This document shows, in pieces, positions 15,723 to 22,864 of a stretch of 38,408 bases of DNA. The notes under the pieces are model-generated. The model saw nothing but the letters and a program-made list of their open reading frames with translations. It was not told the origin of the DNA and made no database searches. Source of the DNA: an uncultured Staphylococcaceae bacterium (GTDB taxonomy: Bacteria; Bacillota_I; Bacilli_A; RFN20; CAG-826); assembly GCA_964552695.1 (NCBI GenBank), contig CAZKHP010000001.1:1897-40304 (forward strand), given 5' to 3'. The position numbers and the translations under genes were made by a program. The first letter of the stretch is position 1, and each line of letters starts with the position of its first letter.

Positions 15723-15761
15723 AAAAAAAGCCCTCCGTTATCACTATAACATGCGGAGGGC
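15723..15761 (-). terminator. intrinsic terminator after gpx, abutting the next start codon
   Basis: Minus strand: GCCCUCCG, 16 nt loop, CGGAGGGC, followed by UUUUUUU, then the ATG of the 15063-15722 gene. Confidence 0.7.
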
Positions 15762-15767
15762 ATTTGA

Positions 15768-16244
15768 TTAAGCCAACAATTTTTCGATATCGGCAGCGAT
15801 TTCTTCCGGTTTGACCGCGGAGGCATAGCGTTTGATGACTTCGCCTTGACGGTTAATCAGGAATTTGGTGAAGTTCCAATGGATACGTTCACCGAGCAGT
15901 CCGCCTTTTTCTTTTTTAAGGAATGTGTAAAGCGGGCTTTCTTTTTCCCCGTTGACTTCGATTTTGGCGAAGCGCGGGAAGGTGGTGTGGTATTTGAGCG
16001 TGCAGAAGGCATCGATTTTTTCGATGTTGTCCGGAGCTTGTCCTGCAAATTGGTTGCAGGGGAAGTCCAAAACGGCAAAGCCTTTGTCTTTATAGTTGGC
16101 GTAAAGTTTTTCCAGTCCATCGTATTGCGGAGTAAAGCCGCATCCGGTGGCGGTGTTGACAATTAAAAGCACCTTGCCTTCGAACGTTTTCATGCTCACA
16201 TCGGCATTTTTCATATCTTTCACGGAAATATCATAGAGTCCCAT
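15768..16244 (-). CDS. glutathione peroxidase (Cys-type)
   Basis: NTATGCGFTPQY (a Cys codon TGC at the redox site, not TGA), LDFPCNQFAGQAP, WNFTKFLI. The ATG at 16244 has AGGAG 10 nt upstream; the track start at 16253 is TTG. Confidence 0.9.
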   Translation of the reverse strand: MGLYDISVKDMKNADVSMKTFEGKVLLIVNTATGCGFTPQYDGLEKLYANYKDKGFAVLDFPCNQFAGQAPDNIEKIDAFCTLKYHTTFPRFAKIEVNGEKESPLYTFLKKEKGGLLGERIHWNFTKFLINRQGEVIKRYASAVKPEEIAADIEKLLA

Positions 16245-16303
16245 CGTGATCAACTCCTATCGTCATGGGTTTGTAATCCCATTATAAAGGATGACCGAAC
16301 GAC

Positions 16304-16798
16304 TTACTTCTTTAATGCTTTGCCCCAAACTTGGACCAAATCGGAAAGACTCATTTTGGCATTCGCCGGACTAGTGGAGGGAAGCACCTCAACGGGCAAG
16401 GCAACGTCGGAGAAATATTTCTGATAAAGCGCATAGGCTTTTTGACCGTTGCAATAAATACGGCTGATGTGGCTTTCCGCGAGAATCGTTCTTAAGCGGC
16501 TAGGTTTGGGATTATGGATCGTGGCATCGGAAGAACCTTCGATTTGACAGCTGCCGATGACATCATGCAAAGCGACGTGGTGTTTCAAAAGGAGCCGTTT
16601 TTTCTCGTTCCAATCCACCGACACCAAATCTTCGCCCAAGATTTCGCTCATGACAGGATAAAACCGGTTGTGCGGGTTGGCGTAGTAATAACCTTCTTTC
16701 ACCGATTTCACCGAAGGAAAACTTCCGAGAATGATGATTTCGGAAGCTTCGTTAAACAAAGGATGGAAAGGATGAGAGAGTTTTCGGAGCTCCGCCAT
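16304..16798 (-). CDS. DNA-deoxyinosine (hypoxanthine) glycosylase, UDG family 6-like
   Basis: IILGSFPSVKSVKEGYYYANPHNRFY and the later VLPSTSPANA are typical of the hypoxanthine-DNA glycosylase branch of the UDG superfamily. Confidence 0.65.
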   Translation of the reverse strand: MAELRKLSHPFHPLFNEASEIIILGSFPSVKSVKEGYYYANPHNRFYPVMSEILGEDLVSVDWNEKKRLLLKHHVALHDVIGSCQIEGSSDATIHNPKPSRLRTILAESHISRIYCNGQKAYALYQKYFSDVALPVEVLPSTSPANAKMSLSDLVQVWGKALKK

Positions 16799-16801
16799 AA
16801 A

Positions 16802-17698
16802 CTAAGCCACGAAATTCAGCCGGACGCTGCCGTTGGTCGTGCTTAAATCCAATTTGTCGGGCAAATTCGTGTTGTAGGCGTTTTGGGTCACTTTGGAACC
16901 ATCGATATACATCGAGCCATTGACCGTGGAAAGCTTCACATAGAAGTCGCTCAGTTCGCCATGGATTTCGAGTTCGACGTTGCCGTTAACGCTGTGGAAA
17001 GTGACATCTTCGCCCGTAATGTCTTGACCTTTGACTTCGCCATTGGATGTCGTGGCTCGGATGGTTGGGGAAGAAACGCCATCCAAATCGATGGTACCAT
17101 TGGCCGTCGAGAGCTCAACAGCGCTGGTCACCGTGACGTTTTCAAGCGAGATTTCACCGTTGGTGGTGACGGCGTCAACCGTGGCCAAGCCGGATAAGTT
17201 AGTCAGCGCAATGTTGCCATTGACGCTATTTAAATCAAGAGAGGTGACTTCGGGAAGATCCGAGACAATCAAGGTCCCGTTTTCGGTATCAACACTCAAG
17301 TCGACCGCCAACGTTGAAGGAATGGAGACGGTGACGGTCCTTTCTTGAGTCGAAGTCATCATCCCGAAATTCATCGTAAACCAGAACCAGTGGTTCACCT
17401 CGTTGGTCAGCGTCAAAACGCCGCCTTCATTGGTGATTTCGATTTTGTCGCGGGTGCTTTCGGCATAGGTGATTGTGATTTGATCATCGATCGCGGGTTG
17501 AACGACCACGCGACGATTCTCGACTTGGACGTCGATGGTACCGACACCGGTGGCATCCGTGATATAGGGATCCGCCATTTCCAAATCGTTAAAGCCATCA
17601 TGCATGTTGATACCTTCGCCGGAGATGACTCCGCCGACGATCGTTAATCCTAATCCGACGGCCACCAAGATGGCGCCGGTCGCTAAGAGCTTAAACAT
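16802..17698 (-). CDS. DUF4097-family (LiaG/YvlB-like beta-helix) membrane-anchored protein
   Basis: N-terminal TM segment, then repeated xNG(N/S/T/E)(I/V)xLxN units (VNGNIALTNL, TNGEISLENV, ANGTIDLDGV, SNGEVKGQDI, VNGNVELEIH, TNGSVRLNF). Start is ATG at 17696-17698, overlapping the upstream stop. The track extension to 17803 lies inside the upstream gene. Confidence 0.7.
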   Translation of the reverse strand: MFKLLATGAILVAVGLGLTIVGGVISGEGINMHDGFNDLEMADPYITDATGVGTIDVQVENRRVVVQPAIDDQITITYAESTRDKIEITNEGGVLTLTNEVNHWFWFTMNFGMMTSTQERTVTVSIPSTLAVDLSVDTENGTLIVSDLPEVTSLDLNSVNGNIALTNLSGLATVDAVTTNGEISLENVTVTSAVELSTANGTIDLDGVSSPTIRATTSNGEVKGQDITGEDVTFHSVNGNVELEIHGELSDFYVKLSTVNGSMYIDGSKVTQNAYNTNLPDKLDLSTTNGSVRLNFVA

Positions 17699-18248
17699 GT
17701 TTCGAATCCTCCTTATTGAGTACTTCTTGGAGCTTGTCGAGCAATTTCTCCAAGCCTTTTTTGGCGTATTTGAAGAAAAGAATGAAGAATGAAATGGCAA
17801 CAATGATGAGTCCGGCGCCTAAGACGATTTGGCCGGCACGCATCAATAAGACCATGGCGGCTTGAGCCGGATTGGTTACGATATCGGTAATCGCGAGAAC
17901 CGCCATCATCGTGCCGCTGGCAGCAAAGCTGCAACCCATGCCAATGACGATAATGGCACCGAGTACGAAGAGGATGTAGCCGATGACTTTCGCCGTGACG
18001 CTGATGGCCTCTTTGGCTTCCGGAGAAAGTTTGTTACGGACTTTTTTGACAAAGCCCGAATCTTTACGGATGGTATCGACAATGGTGTCGATGGACCCCA
18101 AGGTTTCGATGAAGGCTTCTTCGGTTTGTCCGCCTTCGACCGCATCTTGGATCATTTCGTCATAGTATTTGATGACATCTTCCCGTTCTTCCTTCGTCAA
18201 GAAGTCGAGTTCGATGCGCAACTTTCGTAAAAAATCTGTTTTGTTCAT
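17691..18248 (-). CDS. DUF1700-family membrane protein
   Basis: N-terminus MNKTDFLRKLRIELDFLTKEEREDVIKYYDEMIQDA is the characteristic DUF1700 head, followed by TM segments. AGGAGG RBS. Confidence 0.7.
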   Translation of the reverse strand: MNKTDFLRKLRIELDFLTKEEREDVIKYYDEMIQDAVEGGQTEEAFIETLGSIDTIVDTIRKDSGFVKKVRNKLSPEAKEAISVTAKVIGYILFVLGAIIVIGMGCSFAASGTMMAVLAITDIVTNPAQAAMVLLMRAGQIVLGAGLIIVAISFFILFFKYAKKGLEKLLDKLQEVLNKEDSKHV

Positions 18249-18258
18249 GGGGGGCCTC

Positions 18259-18561
18259 CTACCGTAAGATGTAATCGAAGATTTTCTTCATTTCGCGGAA
18301 ATCCGTATCGGAATCCTCGAGTTTCTTCAATCCGGCTTTGGTGATTTGATAATTGCGGCGAATGCGTGAGTTGTGTGTGGTTTCATAGGTCGTCACGAAG
18401 CCTTGGCTTTCAAGGCGACGCAAAATCGGATAGAGCGTTGATTCGGAGATATCGACCACATTGGCGACTTCCTGCGCGATCATGTATCCGTAGGAGTCTT
18501 GGTACTTGAGACTGGCTAACACGACGACTTCCAGAAATCCTCGTTTGAGTTGACTTTCCAT
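18259..18561 (-). CDS. PadR-family transcriptional regulator
   Basis: 100 aa with the winged-helix core YGYMIAQEV....SESTLYPILRRLESQGFV. AAGGAGG RBS. Confidence 0.85.
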   Translation of the reverse strand: MESQLKRGFLEVVVLASLKYQDSYGYMIAQEVANVVDISESTLYPILRRLESQGFVTTYETTHNSRIRRNYQITKAGLKKLEDSDTDFREMKKIFDYILR

Positions 18562-18582
18562 GCGAATACCTCCTTACGCATA

Positions 18583-18603
18583 ATACTATATAACGCATAG
18601 TAT
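18583..18603. promoter_or_regulatory. inverted repeat (candidate PadR operator) overlapping the putative padR promoter
   Basis: ATACTAT-N7-ATAGTAT is a perfect 7 bp inverted repeat. On the minus strand, TTGCGG, a 17 nt spacer and TATAGT overlap it, about 25 nt upstream of the padR RBS. Confidence 0.35.
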
Positions 18604-18644
18604 CATCCCGCAAGTGTTTCTTTGATCATTTTTCTAAGCACTGT

Positions 18645-18672
18645 ACAAAAAGAAAAAACGCCTTATAGGCGT
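18645..18672 (-). terminator. intrinsic terminator after the Pr6Pr-like gene
   Basis: Minus strand: ACGCCU-AUA-AGGCGU followed by UUUUUUCUUUUU. Confidence 0.55.
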
Positions 18673-18701
18673 CTTTGTGAATGGTTTGAAAAAATAGTTG
18701 T

Positions 18702-19382
18702 TTAAGCTCGGCGCTTTCCGATTCGGGCGGATAAACTTCGTAAACCGAATGCCAATCCCGTGACCAATAAAAGCATCAAGAGAATCCAATAAACAATGCC
18801 GAGTCCGGCGTCGGAAATACTGAACCATCCGCGCGTGGTATAGTCTAAGAAATAATAAGGAACGCTCGCGCCTTCGGCAAACTTGATACCGGTAAAGGAA
18901 AGACCTAGCGCAAAGACCAAATAATATAATGGCGGAATCAACGTCCATAACACATCTTTTTTGCCAAAAGGGTTTTTGCCATCAAAGAAAAGAAAGTCCA
19001 AAATGGCCGCAATGGGCGCCAAGAAATGCATACAAAGATTGGAGGGCGAAGTCAAATAGGAAAGCGACATAAACGGCGAAAGTAACAAAGCGAACACAAC
19101 GAACGTTAAGGCGATTGAAACGGTAAAAATGTATTTCAACAAAGCCAGCCATCGGGGAATTTCAACCTTTTGGCCGCGATATCCGCGAATGGCCAAAACG
19201 AGATAAACCCCCATGGTAAGAAGTATCCAAATGTTGCTTTGAATCGTAAAATATAAAATCGCATTGCCGGAGCTGACAATGCCATCGCCACGGAAAAAGG
19301 TAAAACCAAGGCCTACCAGGCCGAAGAAAACACCCAACGATTTGAGAAGAATCGAGAGCTTTAAGGAACGTTGAGTTTTCAT
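18702..19382 (-). CDS. polytopic membrane protein, Pr6Pr/FAR-17a-AIG1-like
   Basis: 226 aa, about 6 TM segments, with YFTIQSNIW in TM2 as in Pr6Pr-family proteins. The family call is tentative. Confidence 0.45.
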   Translation of the reverse strand: MKTQRSLKLSILLKSLGVFFGLVGLGFTFFRGDGIVSSGNAILYFTIQSNIWILLTMGVYLVLAIRGYRGQKVEIPRWLALLKYIFTVSIALTFVVFALLLSPFMSLSYLTSPSNLCMHFLAPIAAILDFLFFDGKNPFGKKDVLWTLIPPLYYLVFALGLSFTGIKFAEGASVPYYFLDYTTRGWFSISDAGLGIVYWILLMLLLVTGLAFGLRSLSARIGKRRA

Positions 19383-19397
19383 AACAGAGTTATTCTA

Positions 19398-20078
19398 TCA
19401 AACGTGGAATTTACGTGCCAGTTCGGAAATCACGATTTTTTTGGCAAATAAGAAACAGCCGAGAATCGTAACGCCGGAGATAATGGCCGCCGCCACTGAC
19501 ATGAAAATCGGGTTGGCAAAACCTACCAATGCCAGAACCAGAGGGACAAACCCGATGATGCTCAAAGCAAATTGCGAAATCAAGAAGTCGCGCATCGTGT
19601 GTTTTTTGGAAATCATCAAGATGTTAATCGCGGCAATAAACAAAATATCGATGGCCGGAATCGCATAGGTCGCGGCCCAAGTCAAACTGGCTTCGCTGAC
19701 ATTGGTGGAAAAGATATTGATAATGACCAAGAGTGCCGTCAGTCCGATCGAATGGCTCATGAGTTTGACCCCCAACAAAGTTCCTTTACGGAACGTAATC
19801 AGGCCGCATAACCAGACGTAAAGCACCCCGGCGGTCACAATGATGCTCCAAGCATGGCCCACCCACGTAAAGACATTGACTAGCACCGAAGCAAGAATCA
19901 CTACGGCCGATGAAATCGAGGTCGCACGGACGATTTTCCGCCACCGATTCCGTTCTTTTGAATAGGGGGGAAAAGAAACAACACCCTTTTCGTCGTTGGG
20001 ATTGAGCGCTTGATGGCAAAGCGGGCACGTGTCGGTCTCGGTCAATACGCGCACTTGGCAATGAGGACAGTATTTCAT
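19398..20078 (-). CDS. zinc-ribbon-headed polytopic membrane protein (DUF6320-like)
   Basis: N-terminal CPHC-x12-CPLC zinc ribbon, then about 5 TM segments. Its ATG directly abuts the stop codon of the upstream acyltransferase gene with no gap. Confidence 0.55.
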   Translation of the reverse strand: MKYCPHCQVRVLTETDTCPLCHQALNPNDEKGVVSFPPYSKERNRWRKIVRATSISSAVVILASVLVNVFTWVGHAWSIIVTAGVLYVWLCGLITFRKGTLLGVKLMSHSIGLTALLVIINIFSTNVSEASLTWAATYAIPAIDILFIAAINILMISKKHTMRDFLISQFALSIIGFVPLVLALVGFANPIFMSVAAAIISGVTILGCFLFAKKIVISELARKFHV

Positions 20079-21371
20079 CTAGACCACCTCTTCCCGCAGG
20101 TTGCTTTCGATGGCAACATTCAACCCGAGCGAGGCCAAACGGGCAAAGAAGAACCGTTCGACTTCATTCGGAACGATGGATCGGCAAAAACAAATATTCA
20201 TGTTGTCTTCAAACGTAATGACGCCGATACCGAAAGCCAACTTGTCTTCCGGAGGCAAATTAAACTCAAAGTCTTGAATCAACGGTTTCATTCCCGAAGG
20301 GATTTTAATCAAACCGATGTTGGACATCGCACAGGTTTCGAGGTTGGATCCTAAAGCATTGGCCACCAAGTTCAACGCCAGTTTTTTGAGAAACAACGGC
20401 GTTAACCGAAGCGCCAAGTTTTTCTCGGCCGAAACGTTGGCGTTCAAAGTTTGTTGCATTTTTTCTTGGGTCAGTTCGGTTTGAAACGATTCCTTGACAA
20501 TGGCCAGAACCTCTTCAAACGTCAGTCCGGGGTGTGAATAGACTGAGGTATGGAAAAACAACGTGAAGTTTCGAAGACTGTTGGAGTTGAAGAACTTCCG
20601 TAAGTTCACAGGAATGGAAACATTGATGGGACGCCTCCGAGGAATGCGCGGACCATAGGCTTGGGCAATCGCGTAAATCAGGCTGGCCACCAAGTATTGG
20701 GTGACGGTTGCTTGGCTTTGCTTGCTGAGGGCCACGAATTCTTTGGCGCTGAGTTTTCCGTTGATGACGCCAAGCCCCACACCTAAAGGCATTTTTTTGC
20801 TTTTGACGTGATAGGCCTTTTTCACCGGGCTTTTAGCGCGTTTTTGCTGCGCATAGTTCTTAATAAAACTATCTTCAATCTCGGTATTGTCCGGGGTTTG
20901 TTCTTTGGTAATGACTAAACCTTCGCTGTCTAAGGCTTTTCCTTGCAATTGGAAGTAATGGAAGACCACAGATTTCAAAAGCTCGATGGCACTTCCTCCG
21001 TCGCACAATGAGTGGAAGACTTCGAGTGCGACGCGGTTACGATAATAGTAGAACGAAAAGAGGAAACCATTGTTCGTGGTTTTATCGATGTGATGTCCTA
21101 AAAACGGACCTTCCGGTTTCAACAAAGGCGTTTTGCCATTGCTTTCAAGGTAATACCAAAACAAACCTTTTTTCAGTTTCACGTACATCGTCGGAAATCG
21201 GCGACGTGATTCGATGATCGCTTGTTGTAAGATTTCGGGTTTGACGTCTTCTTTGAGATTGACGGCAACACGAAAAACATAGCTGGATCGGGCATTGGTG
21301 ATGGCGGGATAGATTTTAGCGGCGTTATCAAGGGAGTACCACCCTCGGTTTTTATTCAAAATAATGTCCAT
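20079..21371 (-). CDS. HxxxD acyltransferase of the condensation / alcohol-acetyltransferase-like superfamily
   Basis: 430 aa. HSLCDGGSAIELL at aa 120-132 is the HxxxDG catalytic motif. The overall two-lobed size fits CAT/condensation-fold O-acyltransferases. AGAGGA RBS. Confidence 0.6.
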   Translation of the reverse strand: MDIILNKNRGWYSLDNAAKIYPAITNARSSYVFRVAVNLKEDVKPEILQQAIIESRRRFPTMYVKLKKGLFWYYLESNGKTPLLKPEGPFLGHHIDKTTNNGFLFSFYYYRNRVALEVFHSLCDGGSAIELLKSVVFHYFQLQGKALDSEGLVITKEQTPDNTEIEDSFIKNYAQQKRAKSPVKKAYHVKSKKMPLGVGLGVINGKLSAKEFVALSKQSQATVTQYLVASLIYAIAQAYGPRIPRRRPINVSIPVNLRKFFNSNSLRNFTLFFHTSVYSHPGLTFEEVLAIVKESFQTELTQEKMQQTLNANVSAEKNLALRLTPLFLKKLALNLVANALGSNLETCAMSNIGLIKIPSGMKPLIQDFEFNLPPEDKLAFGIGVITFEDNMNICFCRSIVPNEVERFFFARLASLGLNVAIESNLREEVV

Positions 21372-21480
21372 AGAGTTCCTCTAAATTAAGGTTAGTAAAA
21401 GGGTTTGAGACTTGTGTGATGCTGATAATGTCATTGTAAACGATAATATCAAAAATGAGGTGGCTAAGTGTAGCACCTGT

Positions 21481-21921
21481 TTAACTTTTTTTCGTCACGT
21501 TTCTTTTTCGAAGCAACAACCCCAAAAGATAAAGCCCGATACTGACGGTGTAAATGATCCATCCGACCAGTAAAAAGTATGGGGGATAAATCGAGGCCGT
21601 TCCGGCGATTTCGATGACTCCGCTTAAAGCACTGCCTAAAAGTAAGGTGGCCATCGCGGTGTTAAAGGCGTTATAGGCAGCGCGGAACAAGGGAACCTCC
21701 GTGGCATGGTCGACCAATATCCAAAGAAGGCCTAACGGAAGAAGCCCTCCCAGCAAAGGATATAGAAACAGCCACAACATGTAGATGGATTCGACGCCGT
21801 GCCCCAAAAGAAAATAGACGCGGTCGAAAACAATGCAAAAAGCAGTCAATCCCAGATAAACAAGAAGTGACTTCCGCAGTTTTTGATTGGTGGGGATTTT
21901 AAGAATAGCCGAGATAGACAC
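21481..21921 (-). CDS. hypothetical 4-TM membrane protein
   Basis: 146 aa, hydrophobic throughout. Overlaps the 3' end of the upstream phosphodiester glycosidase gene by 23 nt. Confidence 0.5.
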   Translation of the reverse strand: MSISAILKIPTNQKLRKSLLVYLGLTAFCIVFDRVYFLLGHGVESIYMLWLFLYPLLGGLLPLGLLWILVDHATEVPLFRAAYNAFNTAMATLLLGSALSGVIEIAGTASIYPPYFLLVGWIIYTVSIGLYLLGLLLRKRNVTKKS

Positions 21922-22846
21922 AATCGCTCACGCTCCTTTCGGAGATGGTCGAACCGCTGTTGACAGGTTGATTGATGATGCGGCCGTTAAACCACATCGT
22001 CGAGGAGCCTCCGCCATCGAGGTTATAGGCTTGCGTGCATCCCAAGGCAGCAAATTCCTGCGCTAATTCAAGAAGGGATAACCCTGCTTCGTTGGTCAAC
22101 CGTCCATCGGAAACGATGCACACATAGTGACCGACCGCGATTTGTCCGATGGCCGTCCGCGGATTGGACGACGAGGATTGATTGACTTCACTGGAAGAAG
22201 TCACGGCAATCGTCCCATCTTTAATCAAAGCGGGTCCAAACGACCACGCATGCAGCGGATGCGTGTCGATGAGATCCTGACGCGATGTTTGGCTTTCGTT
22301 GAGAATTGAAAAATTGCCTTCGCTATCCATGATTAAGGCTTGACCGGACGCACTGGTGTTTTTGGTATTTCGGTAAAGCGTTCCGTTACGAACGACGAAA
22401 CCATCGCTGCGAGCGCCATAATAATCGCCGTTGATCGCAAAAAATGCGCCGTGGTTAGTGGCCATCGAGGATGTTTTTTGGGTAATGTTCCGACCATAGG
22501 TATCATGGGCCAACGCCGTTTTCAGATACAGCGGGTCATCCACTTGGATATCCGCCACATAAACCGTGGTATTGTGCCGACGTAAGGTCGAAATCGTCAG
22601 GGTCATATGTTCATCGGTATAGCTGTTTTCGGTAAACGTCGGAACGATGGCGCTGCTTGAGGAAGACGATTCGCTTTCAGAAGAACTTTCGGAAGACGAT
22701 GAAGAAGACACCGAAACGATGACTTCTCCCGAGGTACCCACGCGCTGGATGACAAAAGTATCAAGCAATACGGTGACGCTTGAAAGGGTCAATAATGTGG
22801 CGGCGATCATTGCCCAGGCAAAGGGTTTTTGTAGAAAATTTTTCAT
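21899..22846 (-). CDS. phosphodiester glycosidase family (NAGPA/DUF2233) protein with signal anchor and poly-Ser linker
   Basis: FAINGDYYG, GPALIKDG, RTAIGQIAVGHYVCIVSDGR and AYNLDGGGSSTMWF are the family blocks. Start is ATG at 22846 (the track start at 22849 is TTG). Confidence 0.75.
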   Translation of the reverse strand: MKNFLQKPFAWAMIAATLLTLSSVTVLLDTFVIQRVGTSGEVIVSVSSSSSSESSSESESSSSSSAIVPTFTENSYTDEHMTLTISTLRRHNTTVYVADIQVDDPLYLKTALAHDTYGRNITQKTSSMATNHGAFFAINGDYYGARSDGFVVRNGTLYRNTKNTSASGQALIMDSEGNFSILNESQTSRQDLIDTHPLHAWSFGPALIKDGTIAVTSSSEVNQSSSSNPRTAIGQIAVGHYVCIVSDGRLTNEAGLSLLELAQEFAALGCTQAYNLDGGGSSTMWFNGRIINQPVNSGSTISERSVSDCVYLGYS

Positions 22847-22864
22847 CAAGGGATACTCGCTTTT

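Noticed and set aside
16140-16142. A possible selenocysteine (in-frame TGA) at the glutathione peroxidase active site.
   Set aside because: The codon is TGC (Cys). No in-frame TGA and no SECIS-like hairpin is present.
22652-22714. The poly-Ser coding tract considered as a simple-sequence contingency (phase-variation) locus.
   Set aside because: The nucleotide sequence is an imperfect mix of TCx, AGC and GAA codons without a uniform repeat unit. Slippage-driven frameshifting is therefore unlikely. It is kept only as a linker observation.
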